Assembly: GCA_025201805.1 (NCBI GenBank)
Contig: MU619250.1
Location: 148,425-212,424, forward strand
Source: Parasitella parasitica NRRL 2501
Lineage: Eukaryota > Fungi > Mucoromycota
Length of the DNA stretch: 64,000 bases
Direction: 5' to 3'
Numbering within the stretch: position 1 is the stretch's first letter; the number at the start of each line of letters is the position of its first letter. The notes below the pieces were generated by a model. It had not been told where the DNA came from and searched no databases. It saw only the letters and a program-made list of their open reading frames with translations. A program made the translations under genes and the position numbers. This document shows positions 53,185 through 64,000 of the stretch, one piece after another.

Positions 53185-55800
53185 ATGTAAGCAGTAACAA
53201 CAACTTTATGTCAAATGTGCTGGTAGAATAACTTGTTGATAGGTCTCGTTTAATTGTCAAAAATCTACCCAAAGAGTTATCCGAAGAAAAGTTTCGTGAG
53301 CACTTTGCCAAGAAAGGAGAAGTGACAGATGCCAAACTCATGAAGACCCAGTAAATTATGTCTGTTACCTAACAACAATCATATGAAACTAAAGAGGCTT
53401 TTATTTAGATGGGGCGCTTCCCGTAAGTTTGGATTCATTGGCTATAAAACTGAAGCAGCAGCAGACGCAGCAATGAATTATTTTGATAACACTTACATCA
53501 ATACTTCCAGAATCCATGTAGAGAAAGCCATCGCCTATGGATCAGAAAACTTACCGAGAGCTTGGAGTAAATATTCAGAAGGTTCTTCTGCTCATGACCG
53601 TATGACTGGTGCATCAAAAAAGAAGGCAGAGTTTGCAGTAGAGGAGACTGATGCATTTCATGAGAAGCAACGCAAAGAGAGAGAAGAATTTATCAATAAG
53701 CTGAATGCTGAAAAAACTGACTCCAAGCTGAAGGAGTATTTAGATGTCATGACATCTCGGACGAAGAGTAAAACTTGGGCTAACGACGACTCTGTCGCAG
53801 CAAGTGAAGAAAAGAAGAATGAAGATACTTCAACAAAGGTCGATTATAAGGGTTCAGACGACGAACTTTATGATGATCTTCCGCCCAAGAACGATACCAA
53901 AAAGAAGAATGAAAGAGAGGTCGAAGAAAAGGAAGATGATTTGGATGTAAATATGGACGACAATGGAGACGATATTGATGAAAGTATGGGGGTAGATGCT
54001 AAAGAAAAGAAATCGAGACAAACGAAACCCAGCGAAAAGGAATCCGAGTCAGTAGTGGAGGAGGAATCAAAAGATGAAGCGCCTGAGCATACCAAGAGCG
54101 ATAACCCCAAAGAGCTTATCGAGGATACTGGCCGTTTGTTTGTCCGTAACTTGTCATATGCATGTACTGAGCAAGATTTGAGGGACCTTTTCGAGAAATA
54201 TGGCAGCTTATCCGAAGTGCATATGCCAATTGCTAGAGATACTAAAAAATCCAAGGGCTATGCATACATTCTTTATCTATTGCCTGAGCATGCGCTCAAA
54301 GCATATCAAGATTTAGATATGAAAACATTCCAAGGGCGTCTGCTGCACATCATTCCTGCTCAAGAGAAGCCTCCGGCCAAAGAAGAAGATATCTTGGGTG
54401 TGAACGGCACCAAGTTGAGTGCTGTTAAGAAGGACAAGGAGAAAAAGCGCAGAAATCTTGCTGGCAATGATTTCAATTGGAATTCTTTGTACATGAGTGT
54501 AAGGACAAGAAGCTAGCTGTATGGAAGCAGTGTATTAATTTTCGTGTAGGCTGATGCAATTGCTGAATCTATTGCTGATCGTCTGGGTGTTGATAAATCT
54601 GAAGTCTTGAATGCCGATGCTGATAACATGGCTGTCAGATTGGCTTTGGCAGAAACACAGATTGTCAATGAAACCAAAGAGTTTTTTGAGAAACATGGCA
54701 TTGTGCTCGACAATTTTGGTAGAAAGGAGAGAAGCGAGACGATTATCTTGGTCAAAAATATTCCATATGGCACCAGTGAAGATGATATGCGTGAATTATT
54801 TGGAAAGTATGGCGAATTGGGTCGTGTGCTTGTCCCTCCTGCTAAAACCATCGCCGTTGTCGAGTTCCTTGAGCCTAGTGAAGCTCGTAACGCCTTCCGG
54901 TCATTGGCTTATCGCCGTTATAAGGACTCTCTGATTTATCTTGAAAAAGCTCCCAGTAATCTGTTCAAGGATAAGTTTGTCCGTGACTCCAAAGCTGTCA
55001 CCGAGAAAGAAGAAGCTGCTGATGCCAAGCCTTCCAGTGCTACCGATCTTTTACAAACTTCTGACGACACTAGTAATAGCGACGATATTGCCACCTTGTT
55101 TGTCAAAAATCTCAACTTTTCAACTACGGCAGACGCTCTTCGCAACTCGTTCAAGGGGATTTCTGGCTATAGATCCTCTCGTATCAACGTCAAACCAGAT
55201 GCCAAGAATCCCGGAAAAACGCTGAGTATGGGCTTTGGTTTTATCGAGTTTGATAACAAGTCTAATGCTGAAAAGGCATTGAAGGCAATGCAAGGGTTCA
55301 ATCTGGATGGACATAGCCTCGAGCTGAAGCTGTCTCATCGTAAGGCAGATACGAAATCGAAGAAGGGCAAGACACCCGAGACAACCAAATTAGTGGTTCG
55401 CAACGTACCATTTGAAGCAACTGATAAAGATTTGCGTGAATTATTTGGGTATGTAACTTGCTATTTGCATTTTGAAAACGTCGTTAACAAAGCTTTTTAT
55501 TACAGTGCTTATGGCCAGCTCAAATCGCTTCGTATGCCCAAGAAATTCAACGGTGGTCATCGTGGTTTTGCTTTCTTGGATTTCCTGACCAAACAAGAAG
55601 CTAAAAATGTATATGATAATATGGGTAATATCCACTTGTACGGTCGTCATCTTGTCCTCGAATGGGCTCAAGAAGAAGATAATGTGGACTCACTCAGAGA
55701 AAAGACCGGAAAACATTATTCGAAAGAAGAAAGTATTGGCGGTCGTGTGAATAAGAGACAGAAAGTGGATTTAGATGGTGATGATGATATGCTAGAATAA
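53185..55800 (+). CDS. MRD1: Multiple-RRM ribosome biogenesis factor Mrd1 (RBM19)
   Basis: [79 protein letters not shown]. Confidence 0.96.
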
Positions 55801-56148
55801 GATCATTTATGTAAAATAAAAGCGACACTCGCAATCAATTAGAATAATAAGAACACCTGCAGTATGGAGTTTGACAACTTGAAAAGTCAAACTGCCACGG
55901 TTCCACTTGTAATTTCACCTGTTGACCAAGTGAATATCGGCAACTTTAGTTTCACTGCCTTGAAAATGCCGTAAATGAAAACAATCACTGTGTGTATCAA
56001 AAGTGATTGTCATATCCATTTTTCATGCTTCTTCGAACATTACTACCTATAATCACTGGCATATACAGCTCACAATGTATTTAGTAATCAGTTCAATTAT
56101 CAACTTTATGGCATCATACATCATTCCAGTCAAAACTAATAGTTATAC

Positions 56149-56484
56149 GGTATAGATGGAAACGAAGCAAGGCATTCCTCATTTAAGCCAGTATGCTACC
56201 CCCAGACTACCCTATGTTGTAGCCCCCCGAGTGCCCTTTTCTAAAATGAGACACCTTTACAGTGAGTGACCAACGAAACACGGCCGTGATTTGCAACCTG
56301 TAAAAGCGAATGGGGCATTTCTCCTCATTAAAGCCAGTGTGCTACCCCCAGACTACCCTATGTTGTAGCCCCCCGAGTGCCCTTTTCTAAAATGAGATAC
56401 CTCTACAGTGAGTGACCAACGAAACACGGCCGTGATTTGCAACCTGTAAAAGCGAGAAACCCTTGCTTTGCTCCCATTGTATCC
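56149..56484. repeat. Two near-identical 146-bp GC-richer tandem units enclosed by ~28-bp imperfect inverted repeats (MITE-like or structured RNA)
   Basis: aagccagt(a/g)tgctacccccagactaccc...ctgtaaaagcga at 56185 and 56331. Left flank atagatggaaacgaagcaagg pairs with right flank ccttgctttgctcccattgtat. Confidence 0.8.
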
Positions 56485-56717
56485 ACAACACGACAGCTAA
56501 CTTTGTTTCTCTGTGCTTAATTTTTAATCAAGGCAAAGCCGTTAGAAAGACGTAGACTAGAACAAAAGAATAAACTTATCTTGTTGAAATGATCATGTCT
56601 GTGTCATCCAAATTTTACTTAATTCATGATTTGCTCTTTATCGAAGTCTATGAGCATTTATATGCAATTTCTATACGAAAATTGCTATTTTCTGCTGATA
56701 ACTTCGTAATGGTTTAG

Positions 56718-58875
56718 CAAAGAAGAACACTATGGCGGAGCACTGAAGGAAAAAAATGATAACGTCTCCTCTTACTGATGCGCAGTCGTATTCATGCGAT
56801 TCAAATACCTTTTTTTTTTTACTTCCATTAAAATATACTATACAGCGTAAATGTCTCAAAAGCCGTTGCAAGAAGACGGTAGGCAAAGCTCTAGTATACT
56901 CTCGTTTCGTTTTATTCATATCTCTGTGGTGAATCTTAGTGTAATTCACAAAGATCTAGAATCTTTGGGAGTTCGAGAATGGTCGAACCTTTCAATGATA
57001 AGAAAAATATAGTATCTTGTCAAAATCGTTTTACGACAACAAGAAAACTAAACCCAAAAGCGCAAATTATGTTGTTAATATGGCAAGTAGCTTAGAAAAA
57101 AATTCTGCAGCTGTCATCAATTCAAATACTGTGGCAGTGTTGTTAGTGCAAAAGTTGCAAGTGGTAGCCTATTTTTCATTTTTTCTTGATTCAACTGTAT
57201 TCACAATTTTATTTTAGACAAGCAAAGAGGCTTTAAACGAAAACTTGGTTTTAGACAGCTATCATACAGTGAATAGCGTTTGTCAAAACGATCATTCCGT
57301 TGATTATCATTCCAAGATATCTAATAATGGATCATCAAGTAGTAACAATGCTATCAATTCCACATCCGAAACTTTGAGTATCTCAAAACGTCCTAGTAGC
57401 AGTGCTCCCGCAACTGCAACAGAAACATCATCTGGCAAGCGTAGAAAATATCTAACAACTGCTAAATTCAAGTGCATGTCTGTTGAAAAAAGATTGATCA
57501 CACTAAATGAATATTAGTAAGCATATGAGAGTGAAATTCAGAAAAGAAAAAACGCATTTATCATTATATTGTAGTGGCAAGAGCAATGTGATTGATATGA
57601 CAAAGCCTAGCATCATTCACAAACGTTTCAGAAGAGCAACTGAGAAGTTGTTGGCGAATTATGATCTTGTCTTGAATACTAGGTTACTAGATGAAGAGTA
57701 TGAGCTGATAATTGCAACCAGTGCATGCAAATCAGTTGAACAGCTCAATCATGCAGTGAACCACATCAGCCCATTCATGAAAGTCTCTGAATTGCCTTTC
57801 ATTAAACTTGCCGTACAGAAATTGTAAGTGCTTCAAAAAAAATTTACACAATGAAAATAGTAATGCTTATAAGAATACCCCGAATGTAGATGCAACTTGA
57901 TCTACATGGACTTACTGACAAGAGAACATCATGAAGATTGGTTTCGAGTGAATGTCTATGGAGATTTATTTGATTTCACTTTTATCTCAAAATCAAACTA
58001 CACAACAAAGAGGTATATATCGAAATACAATGTATTCAAAGAATAATGCTTTTAAATTCTCTTTGATAACACCGTTTTTAGATCAGAATGTCACTCTTCG
58101 GTCATAAAGCATTTGAAGAATTTAGGTCTCCTTCCCAATGACACTAAGGATGTAAAACTTGATTTCGTTTTCTCTCACATGAATTCTAAAGTTGGTGATA
58201 CTTTGTTTTGTGAAGATAAGAAAAATGAAAAAGAATCTTGCAAGGACAGAAGGAAAGCTGATTATGTTCGAGAGAAATGTTTAAAATATTGGTCAACCCT
58301 GCTTTGCGATCCTGGACATATTCATCATTTGACAGCTTTCTCATGTCAATTCAACAAATTAGAATTGCGAGTCAAGGCTACAAAGATTATAAATGGAATT
58401 ACAGTTCATATTATCTTGAAGCAAGTCTCCATTCCTCATGACGCCTTGGATGGTGTATCAATAGCTGAATACTTGGTGACTATCATTTCACTTGTAGTAA
58501 GTTGGCCAAGCTATACATGTTAATACCCGTAGTCTAACTTGAATGTATTTCCGTTTCTTCCAGAGAATGGTGGCAGAAAATTACGAAAAACTTAAGATTA
58601 TGATGGATATTACCAAAAAAGACGATATTGTATTCGCAAAATATCAATCTCAAAATTTGTTCAAAGACTCGTCATCTTCATCGCAATCAAGCAAAACCGA
58701 ATCATCACAATCAAGTGTTGCTGAGTCTAACGACCCTGATGAAGAAGAACGCAAAACTCGTATCTCACAGAACATCCAAGCAGCACTTGATAAATTCAAT
58801 GAAGAATCAATGAAAAAATATTTTGACTGCACTTGGGACGACCTTAACACTCTTAGCGATGACGGCTGCCTATAA
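56718..58875 (+). CDS. Intron-containing hypothetical protein with PD-(D/E)XK restriction-endonuclease-like C-terminal domain; 5' end uncertain, possibly frameshifted near 57005
   Basis: Spliced core: HEDWFRVNVYGDLFD...KRSECHS...KLDFVF...LFCEDK...KDRRK. Canonical GT-AG introns keep frame from ~57220 to the stop. Confidence 0.6.
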
Positions 58876-59278
58876 TTCCTTTATCAATGTTCGCACAAAT
58901 CAATATCATCTATATCACTTTTATCAATATTGTATTATCATTACAAAATTATAAAGTCATTAATAAGTCAGCATACCTATAGTTTAGATATCCTTCAAGA
59001 AGGCTCTGGCCTGTGAATGCTGACTTGGTGACAGATCATGTTGTATTTTATTGCTCTAGTTGTATCAGTACATGATAAAGTTTATTTAGTTTCATGACTT
59101 GCTTTGATACGATGTAACTACAGACACATCAAAAATAGATCAAAAGACACTTGTAGCACAAAGTGTATTACATTTAAAGTGTGCTTCTGAATACAAAGAA
59201 ATATTTATAATTGGTCTTGTTTTGCCCAATTATCCTACTTCTTTCTTATACCTTTACTATACACATCGAATACATATC

Positions 59279-61374
59279 ATGACATTTGCAGATATAGATC
59301 CCCCTTGCGAAAATCAAAAAGACGAATACCCGACATTTGACAATGTAGTAACTGTATCTAATTGCTTCTACTATCTCTCGCTTTTGGAGCGCTTTGTCGA
59401 AACTACTAAAAACATGTCTGAAAATTTATTGAAACTGTATCTTGTTCGTGCTGAATACAGATACTTTAAATGGGCCTACTCACTGGACACAGATTTTGGT
59501 TCAATCAAGAACGCTATTCCACCTTTAGGTACGTACATACGCACTGAATAATCTGAGCAGGGATCGATTGATGTGCCGATTCTAGATATTGCATTTTTCT
59601 GGCAAGCTCACATGCTTAGTCCGTTGAGATTTTTTGAAGATAGCATTCGAAATTCTCAATTGTGTCATTACAGGAATATAAAAATGCCACTGAAAGAAAT
59701 CGTAAGTTTTCAATTAAGCAAGCACTATCAACATGACAGACTCATTCTTAGTTCAAAACTACGATAGCATGGAATAAAGACAGGAGTTCCTGTCAATGTT
59801 TTAACAGCATGGAAAAATGTTATGAAAGATGAACCCTATCATCTCACAGAAGAATATTTGTCAAGTGAGAATATTAGCACCCGTTACGCAGAAATCAGCT
59901 GTATTGTATGCTTTGTGAAAATGGAAATTGAATGGTAACATTTGTGAGCATTGTATAACTTGATTGGATTCGAGCATGTAACACAATCTTATCAGGGAAA
60001 ACTACACTCAATGGAGAACAGATCATACAACGGCATTGCAATGTCATAGATGCAGGTGTATGTTTACTATTAAGCATATCGGCAAGGCCAACCTTATAGC
60101 TGACTTGTCTAAAACTCGTGCAATCGCGTAATAATATTATATTTTCACCTATATATGTCGTTTTTAACGCTTCCATGATAGGGGCTTAATGCTAAAAAAT
60201 GAAGGAAAGCGGGCTTTGGTCAATTCCAAGGACATAGGGGCTCTGGGCCCAAACAGAAAAATTAAAGCATTACCCTTTAATGAGGGCTTAAAGCCTTTGG
60301 AAGATCTGATAGATCTTCATCAAGCGGCCAAATGGGAAAAAGATGCTGATAACTTGCATAGGAGAATCAGTATGTGATATATGAACGATAAAAAAGGACG
60401 CTGAATTTTGTATGTTAAAGGCTATTAATAGATATTATTGATGCAATTCACAGTACATATTTCTGTAATCCATACAAAGGAAGCTCTATTGACTTGATCC
60501 AAGCCGTTGCAAGGCAGTACAAGTTTGCATTTAAAGCAACCCAAAACATTGATTGGGATCTGCCTCAAGGGATTATTAAAGGAATTCGGCAATACAGCAA
60601 TTTTCTGCATTTGATCAGAACGAACCCTAACTTGACTGCAGTTCCAACCTTCGAGATTGGTATATACATGTTTGCATTCGCGCATTTATAATGCACAATC
60701 ATTGATATATTAGTACCATAGATCTTGCTTGGCACACACATATGCTTTTCCCAGAAAACTATCGTGAGTTCACTATAGGATATTTAAGCAAATTCTTAAA
60801 TCACGACGATACGATTCCCGAAACACAGCTGCAGGATTATGTTCAACAAACTGAAAATGCTTGGAAACATCGCATTGAGCCCAAGCAAGAACCTGTAAGG
60901 GATGTTGAAAATACAGCTTCAGCTAAAACAGACAAAGGCTTCAGGAATAAACTTAGGAGCATCTTTATAAAAGAGAAAGAAGTAAAAGTAATAGTGGATC
61001 CTGAAAGATTATTTCAAGGCGCTTACCATGTGGGCACATTTCAAGCATCTCCTGCTTATGATGAGACAGGTGATAGTAAAACCGTGGATAAAGACATTGA
61101 TAAATATGATGTCAACAATGCTAGTTTTCATGATAGACGTAATTTACCAATCAAATACTATTGCTATTCATGCTAATAATAATATGGTAGGCGAAATCAA
61201 AGCCTTTATCAATCTCAAAAACTCGCAAGCTGTGATGGATATTAAGTTTGACAGAGTTAAGAAGTCAGAATTAGGCTTTATAGGGTAAGCTATATAATCC
61301 AAAGTGAAATCACTATTATATAAAATTATTGATTGCTCTTTTATCACAGAACTAGTACATGTGGAAGTGAGTAA

Positions 61375-61405
<31 letters not shown>

Positions 61406-62104
61406 CCTAGCCAAATTTCGTGTAGTTAACGAAACAATTATAGCAACTGATTATTTAAACAGATGGGAAAGGTAAAATTCATTTAATGAGTATGGCATTT
61501 TTGCTGAATAGATGATATATTTTTATTTTATTTTTTGTAGTAAGTTGTCTATCATGCAGTTCCAGCTTTATGTGTATTAAATAACATCATAAAGTTAAAA
61601 ACGAAACATCAAAAGGAAACTTTGAGAGTAAATCATATACCCAAGGTATTTCGCATCAAAAAGCTTGAATAATTACCATAAACCATTGACATCAACTTGT
61701 TTGAACAAATAGTATTTGTTTCAAGTAAGTTTCCCTCATTCTAAATACATATGCTCTGATCACTATCTTAACCAAAATTTAAAGATGGACCTATGCCTTT
61801 GGTAATAAAGGATAAACTACTGGAGCTGCCAGTTGATCAAAGAATGCAACACATTGGACCTCATACATCAACACCATCAGAGAACTTGATAAATACTACG
61901 GAATTTGAATCGTTCAACTGGTATAAAATTAGTTTTATCTGGGCTAATTCATTTAAAAACAAGGATTATGCTGCAAACGTGTTATCTATCCCTACAGGCG
62001 GTATAGGATCAAGCTGTGGAGGATCCGCAATTGCCAACTGTGCAGGATCAAGTGGTGTAAAAAGATCAGATGGGGCCATGGCCATCGTCTCCATGACGAC
62101 ATAA
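59279..62104 (+). CDS. DUF1399/glycine-rich-domain (GRDP-like) protein, many exons
   Basis: RAEYRYFKW..IPPLDIAFFWQAHMLSP; DLIQAVARQYKF; YSNFLHLI..VPTFEIDLAWHTHML.P; NHDD; C-terminal GGIGSSCGG. 3' exon chain partly unresolved. Confidence 0.85.
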
Positions 62105-62276
62105 ACTGGTTTATGTACACTTATATCCTTTAATAAATTTACCTCTAGAATTTGCATTCAAGAGCAAGATTTAAAGTAATATTCCAGAGAATATACAAAT
62201 ATAATGAATAAATCAACATTTGTTGCTATACTATACTTATTTTTTTCTTCTTTCTCATATGGTGGCAAGCCAAAAA

Positions 62277-62500
62277 ATGGCCTTTTCAAATGTAAATCCC
62301 CCTGAAAAATCTCAAAAGAATGAGCATCCTACACTTGCCAAGGTTTTAAATGTCTCCAATTGCTTCTATTAACTCTCATTTTTGGAGCGTTTTGTTCAAA
62401 CAACAAGAAACATGCTTGAAGACGTTTTAAAAAAAAGCATCTTCGTGTTGAATCAAATGGGCTTATTCTACTAGTAAAAACTTTGAAACGTTGAAAAACG
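62277..62500 (+). pseudogene. Truncated, decayed duplicate of exon 1 of the upstream DUF1399 gene
   Basis: MAFSNVNPPEKSQKNEHPTLAKVLNVSNCFY* aligns to MTFADIDPPCENQKDEYPTFDNVVTVSNCFYY. Shared ttttggagcg.tttgt block; premature TAA and deletions. Confidence 0.8.
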
Positions 62501-63109
62501 TTCTAAAAAAAATGGTTGTCAGTCAATGCAAGAACAAATTTTCGGTCAAATACTGTAAGTGAATAAAGCATGAGGAAACGATGCTGCTAGACTTAATTCA
62601 CAGTGCTTGAAACCATAAGTTAGTTAATATAATCATATAGTGTTTGGGTTGTCGTAACATCTCAGTTGATTTGTAGTTAAAATGAGTAGATATTTATTCA
62701 ATGAGAGGCTTAGAATAGTGTTCGTTTATAGCAATTTATAATTTGACGTTTGGAATGAAGGAAAAAGCCAAAAGATCACTAAAATAAACGTTTATTACAT
62801 GCATCACTAATTCTAGGAGATAATGTCTCTTCTTTTATCAGCCGATGGCGCTTTGTTTTCTTTTTACTTGTGGCTAAGCGCTATGAATTAAATCTAGTAG
62901 CACCTTTTTCTCATATTCTATTCACTCACAGTATTTGGCCTTGCATAGACCGACTATTACTTATTTTAATAGCCACCAGGCGGACTGCACCAGTATCTAT
63001 GTAATGATATTAAGTAATATCTGTGGTATGATAAATAATATCAGCTTTATTTTATACAGCCAACATGGTCTTAAAAAATACAAGACAGTGAAAAAAGAGA
63101 AGGGAGAGG

Positions 63110-63112
<3 letters not shown>

Positions 63113-63186
<74 letters not shown>
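63113..63186. repeat. Compound microsatellite (GA)~20 + (ATAATG)~4
   Basis: Seen directly, just downstream of the SUA5 stop. Confidence 0.95.
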
Positions 63187-63189
<3 letters not shown>

Positions 63190-63219
63190 TACAATATACA
63201 ATATATGTTTCTATGATCT

Positions 63220-64000
63220 TTAGACTTCTATAATCTTTGAGGCGGCTTTTCTTAATCTATTCATGACAGCCATTCCTTCTCTGTCCTCAGAAATACCTTC
63301 TACAAAGATAAGATCGACAGCACGACCATCTAAATCACGAAGGCCTTTAAACATACCACGAGCCACTTCTTCGGGATGTCCATGGCGACCCATCTGAAGA
63401 GAAACGCACTCTATATTTTCATCAGTGACAGAAATAGTCTCCCAGACAGCCGTGTCTCCATTCTGCGTAGTTCTCAACATGCCAATCTTTGATACTCCCA
63501 CACCTGATGCTTGAATTGCTCTCAACTGCTCTTTCCACGCCTGATCGAATTTTGTATCGAATAATGGGTCTACTTGCTCTTGGCGATCAATTAAAATAAC
63601 CATTGCTTCTGGCGAATAATGGCGGTATTTCATGCCAGGCGTTGTGGGTGCTGCTTCCAATTCCTTATCAACGAAATGCTTTCTGTACACTTGCAAGCCA
63701 TTCATGCTATCGACTTGTTTCAAAGCTTCGTACGTTAATCCACCGGGACGCAGAATAGCCGGAGGGTTACGAAGTCCATCTAAAACAGTGCTTTCCACAC
63801 CCACATCACAGGCACCTCCATCTAAAATCAAAGGAATACGGCCCTGGAGATCATGAAAGACATGACTTGCCAAAGTGGGTGAAGGCTTTCCAGATGAGTT
63901 GGCAGAAGGAGCTGCTAATGGAAAGCCGCAAGCCTCAATCAAACTACGGGCAACTGGATGAGAGGGGAAGCGCACTGCCACAGTGGGATGTCCACAAGTG
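63220..64000 (-). CDS. SUA5: Threonylcarbamoyl-AMP synthase Sua5 (3' part; gene continues beyond window)
   Basis: TVAVRFPSHPVA, PLAAPSANSSGKPSPT, GVESTVLD, ILRPGG, PGMKYRHYSP, AVMNRLRKAA. Confidence 0.96.
   Translation of the reverse strand, partial: TCGHPTVAVRFPSHPVARSLIEACGFPLAAPSANSSGKPSPTLASHVFHDLQGRIPLILDGGACDVGVESTVLDGLRNPPAILRPGGLTYEALKQVDSMNGLQVYRKHFVDKELEAAPTTPGMKYRHYSPEAMVILIDRQEQVDPLFDTKFDQAWKEQLRAIQASGVGVSKIGMLRTTQNGDTAVWETISVTDENIECVSLQMGRHGHPEEVARGMFKGLRDLDGRAVDLIFVEGISEDREGMAVMNRLRKAASKIIEV

Noticed and set aside
56260-56300. Resemblance of agtgagtgaccaacgaaac...tgcaacct to the 5S rRNA 3' half or a hammerhead core
   Set aside because: The rest of the unit does not fit 5S and there is no CUGAUGA box. 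Probably chance.
56718-58875. Fanzor/TnpB-type RNA-guided nuclease
   Set aside because: No RuvC motifs (DPG, Zn finger, RD.NA) are visible.

Overview
Gene-dense eukaryotic (fungal) genomic DNA, AT-rich, with many short (~50-90 nt) GT-AG introns. Gene content and style point to an early-diverging fungus, most likely Mucorales (inference). About 26 protein-coding loci are recognisable: a C1+Pex24p/DysF peroxin, PEX14, a MYST acetyltransferase, ARP5, ATG13, TIM9, a GPI-anchored chitin deacetylase, NPR2, RNase H2B, two cyclophilins, RCF1, a CMTR1-like cap methyltransferase, an F-box protein, an RNF34-like FYVE-RING ligase, an Apd1-like ferredoxin, PCBD, a MED25-like subunit, BCKDH E2, a FANCJ-like helicase, TRS23, a secreted SOD-fold protein, mL43, MRD1, a PD-(D/E)XK-like protein, a DUF1399 protein and SUA5. 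There is also one tRNA-Arg(TCG). Non-genic DNA includes a ~1.46-kb non-coding repeat (tandem at 3-7 kb, another copy at 44-45 kb carrying a 327-bp TG...CA insertion with a 4-bp TSD), a DIRS-type tyrosine-recombinase relic, and a structured 146-bp tandem duplication inside inverted repeats just upstream of the nuclease-like gene. Highlights: genes usually seen as animal/plant-type (CMTR1, MED25, RNF34-like), a probable 2-nt microexon, an ATG split by an intron, a C1-peroxin fusion and a SOD-fold protein lacking its metal ligands. Exon boundaries were assembled by eye and no database searches were run.
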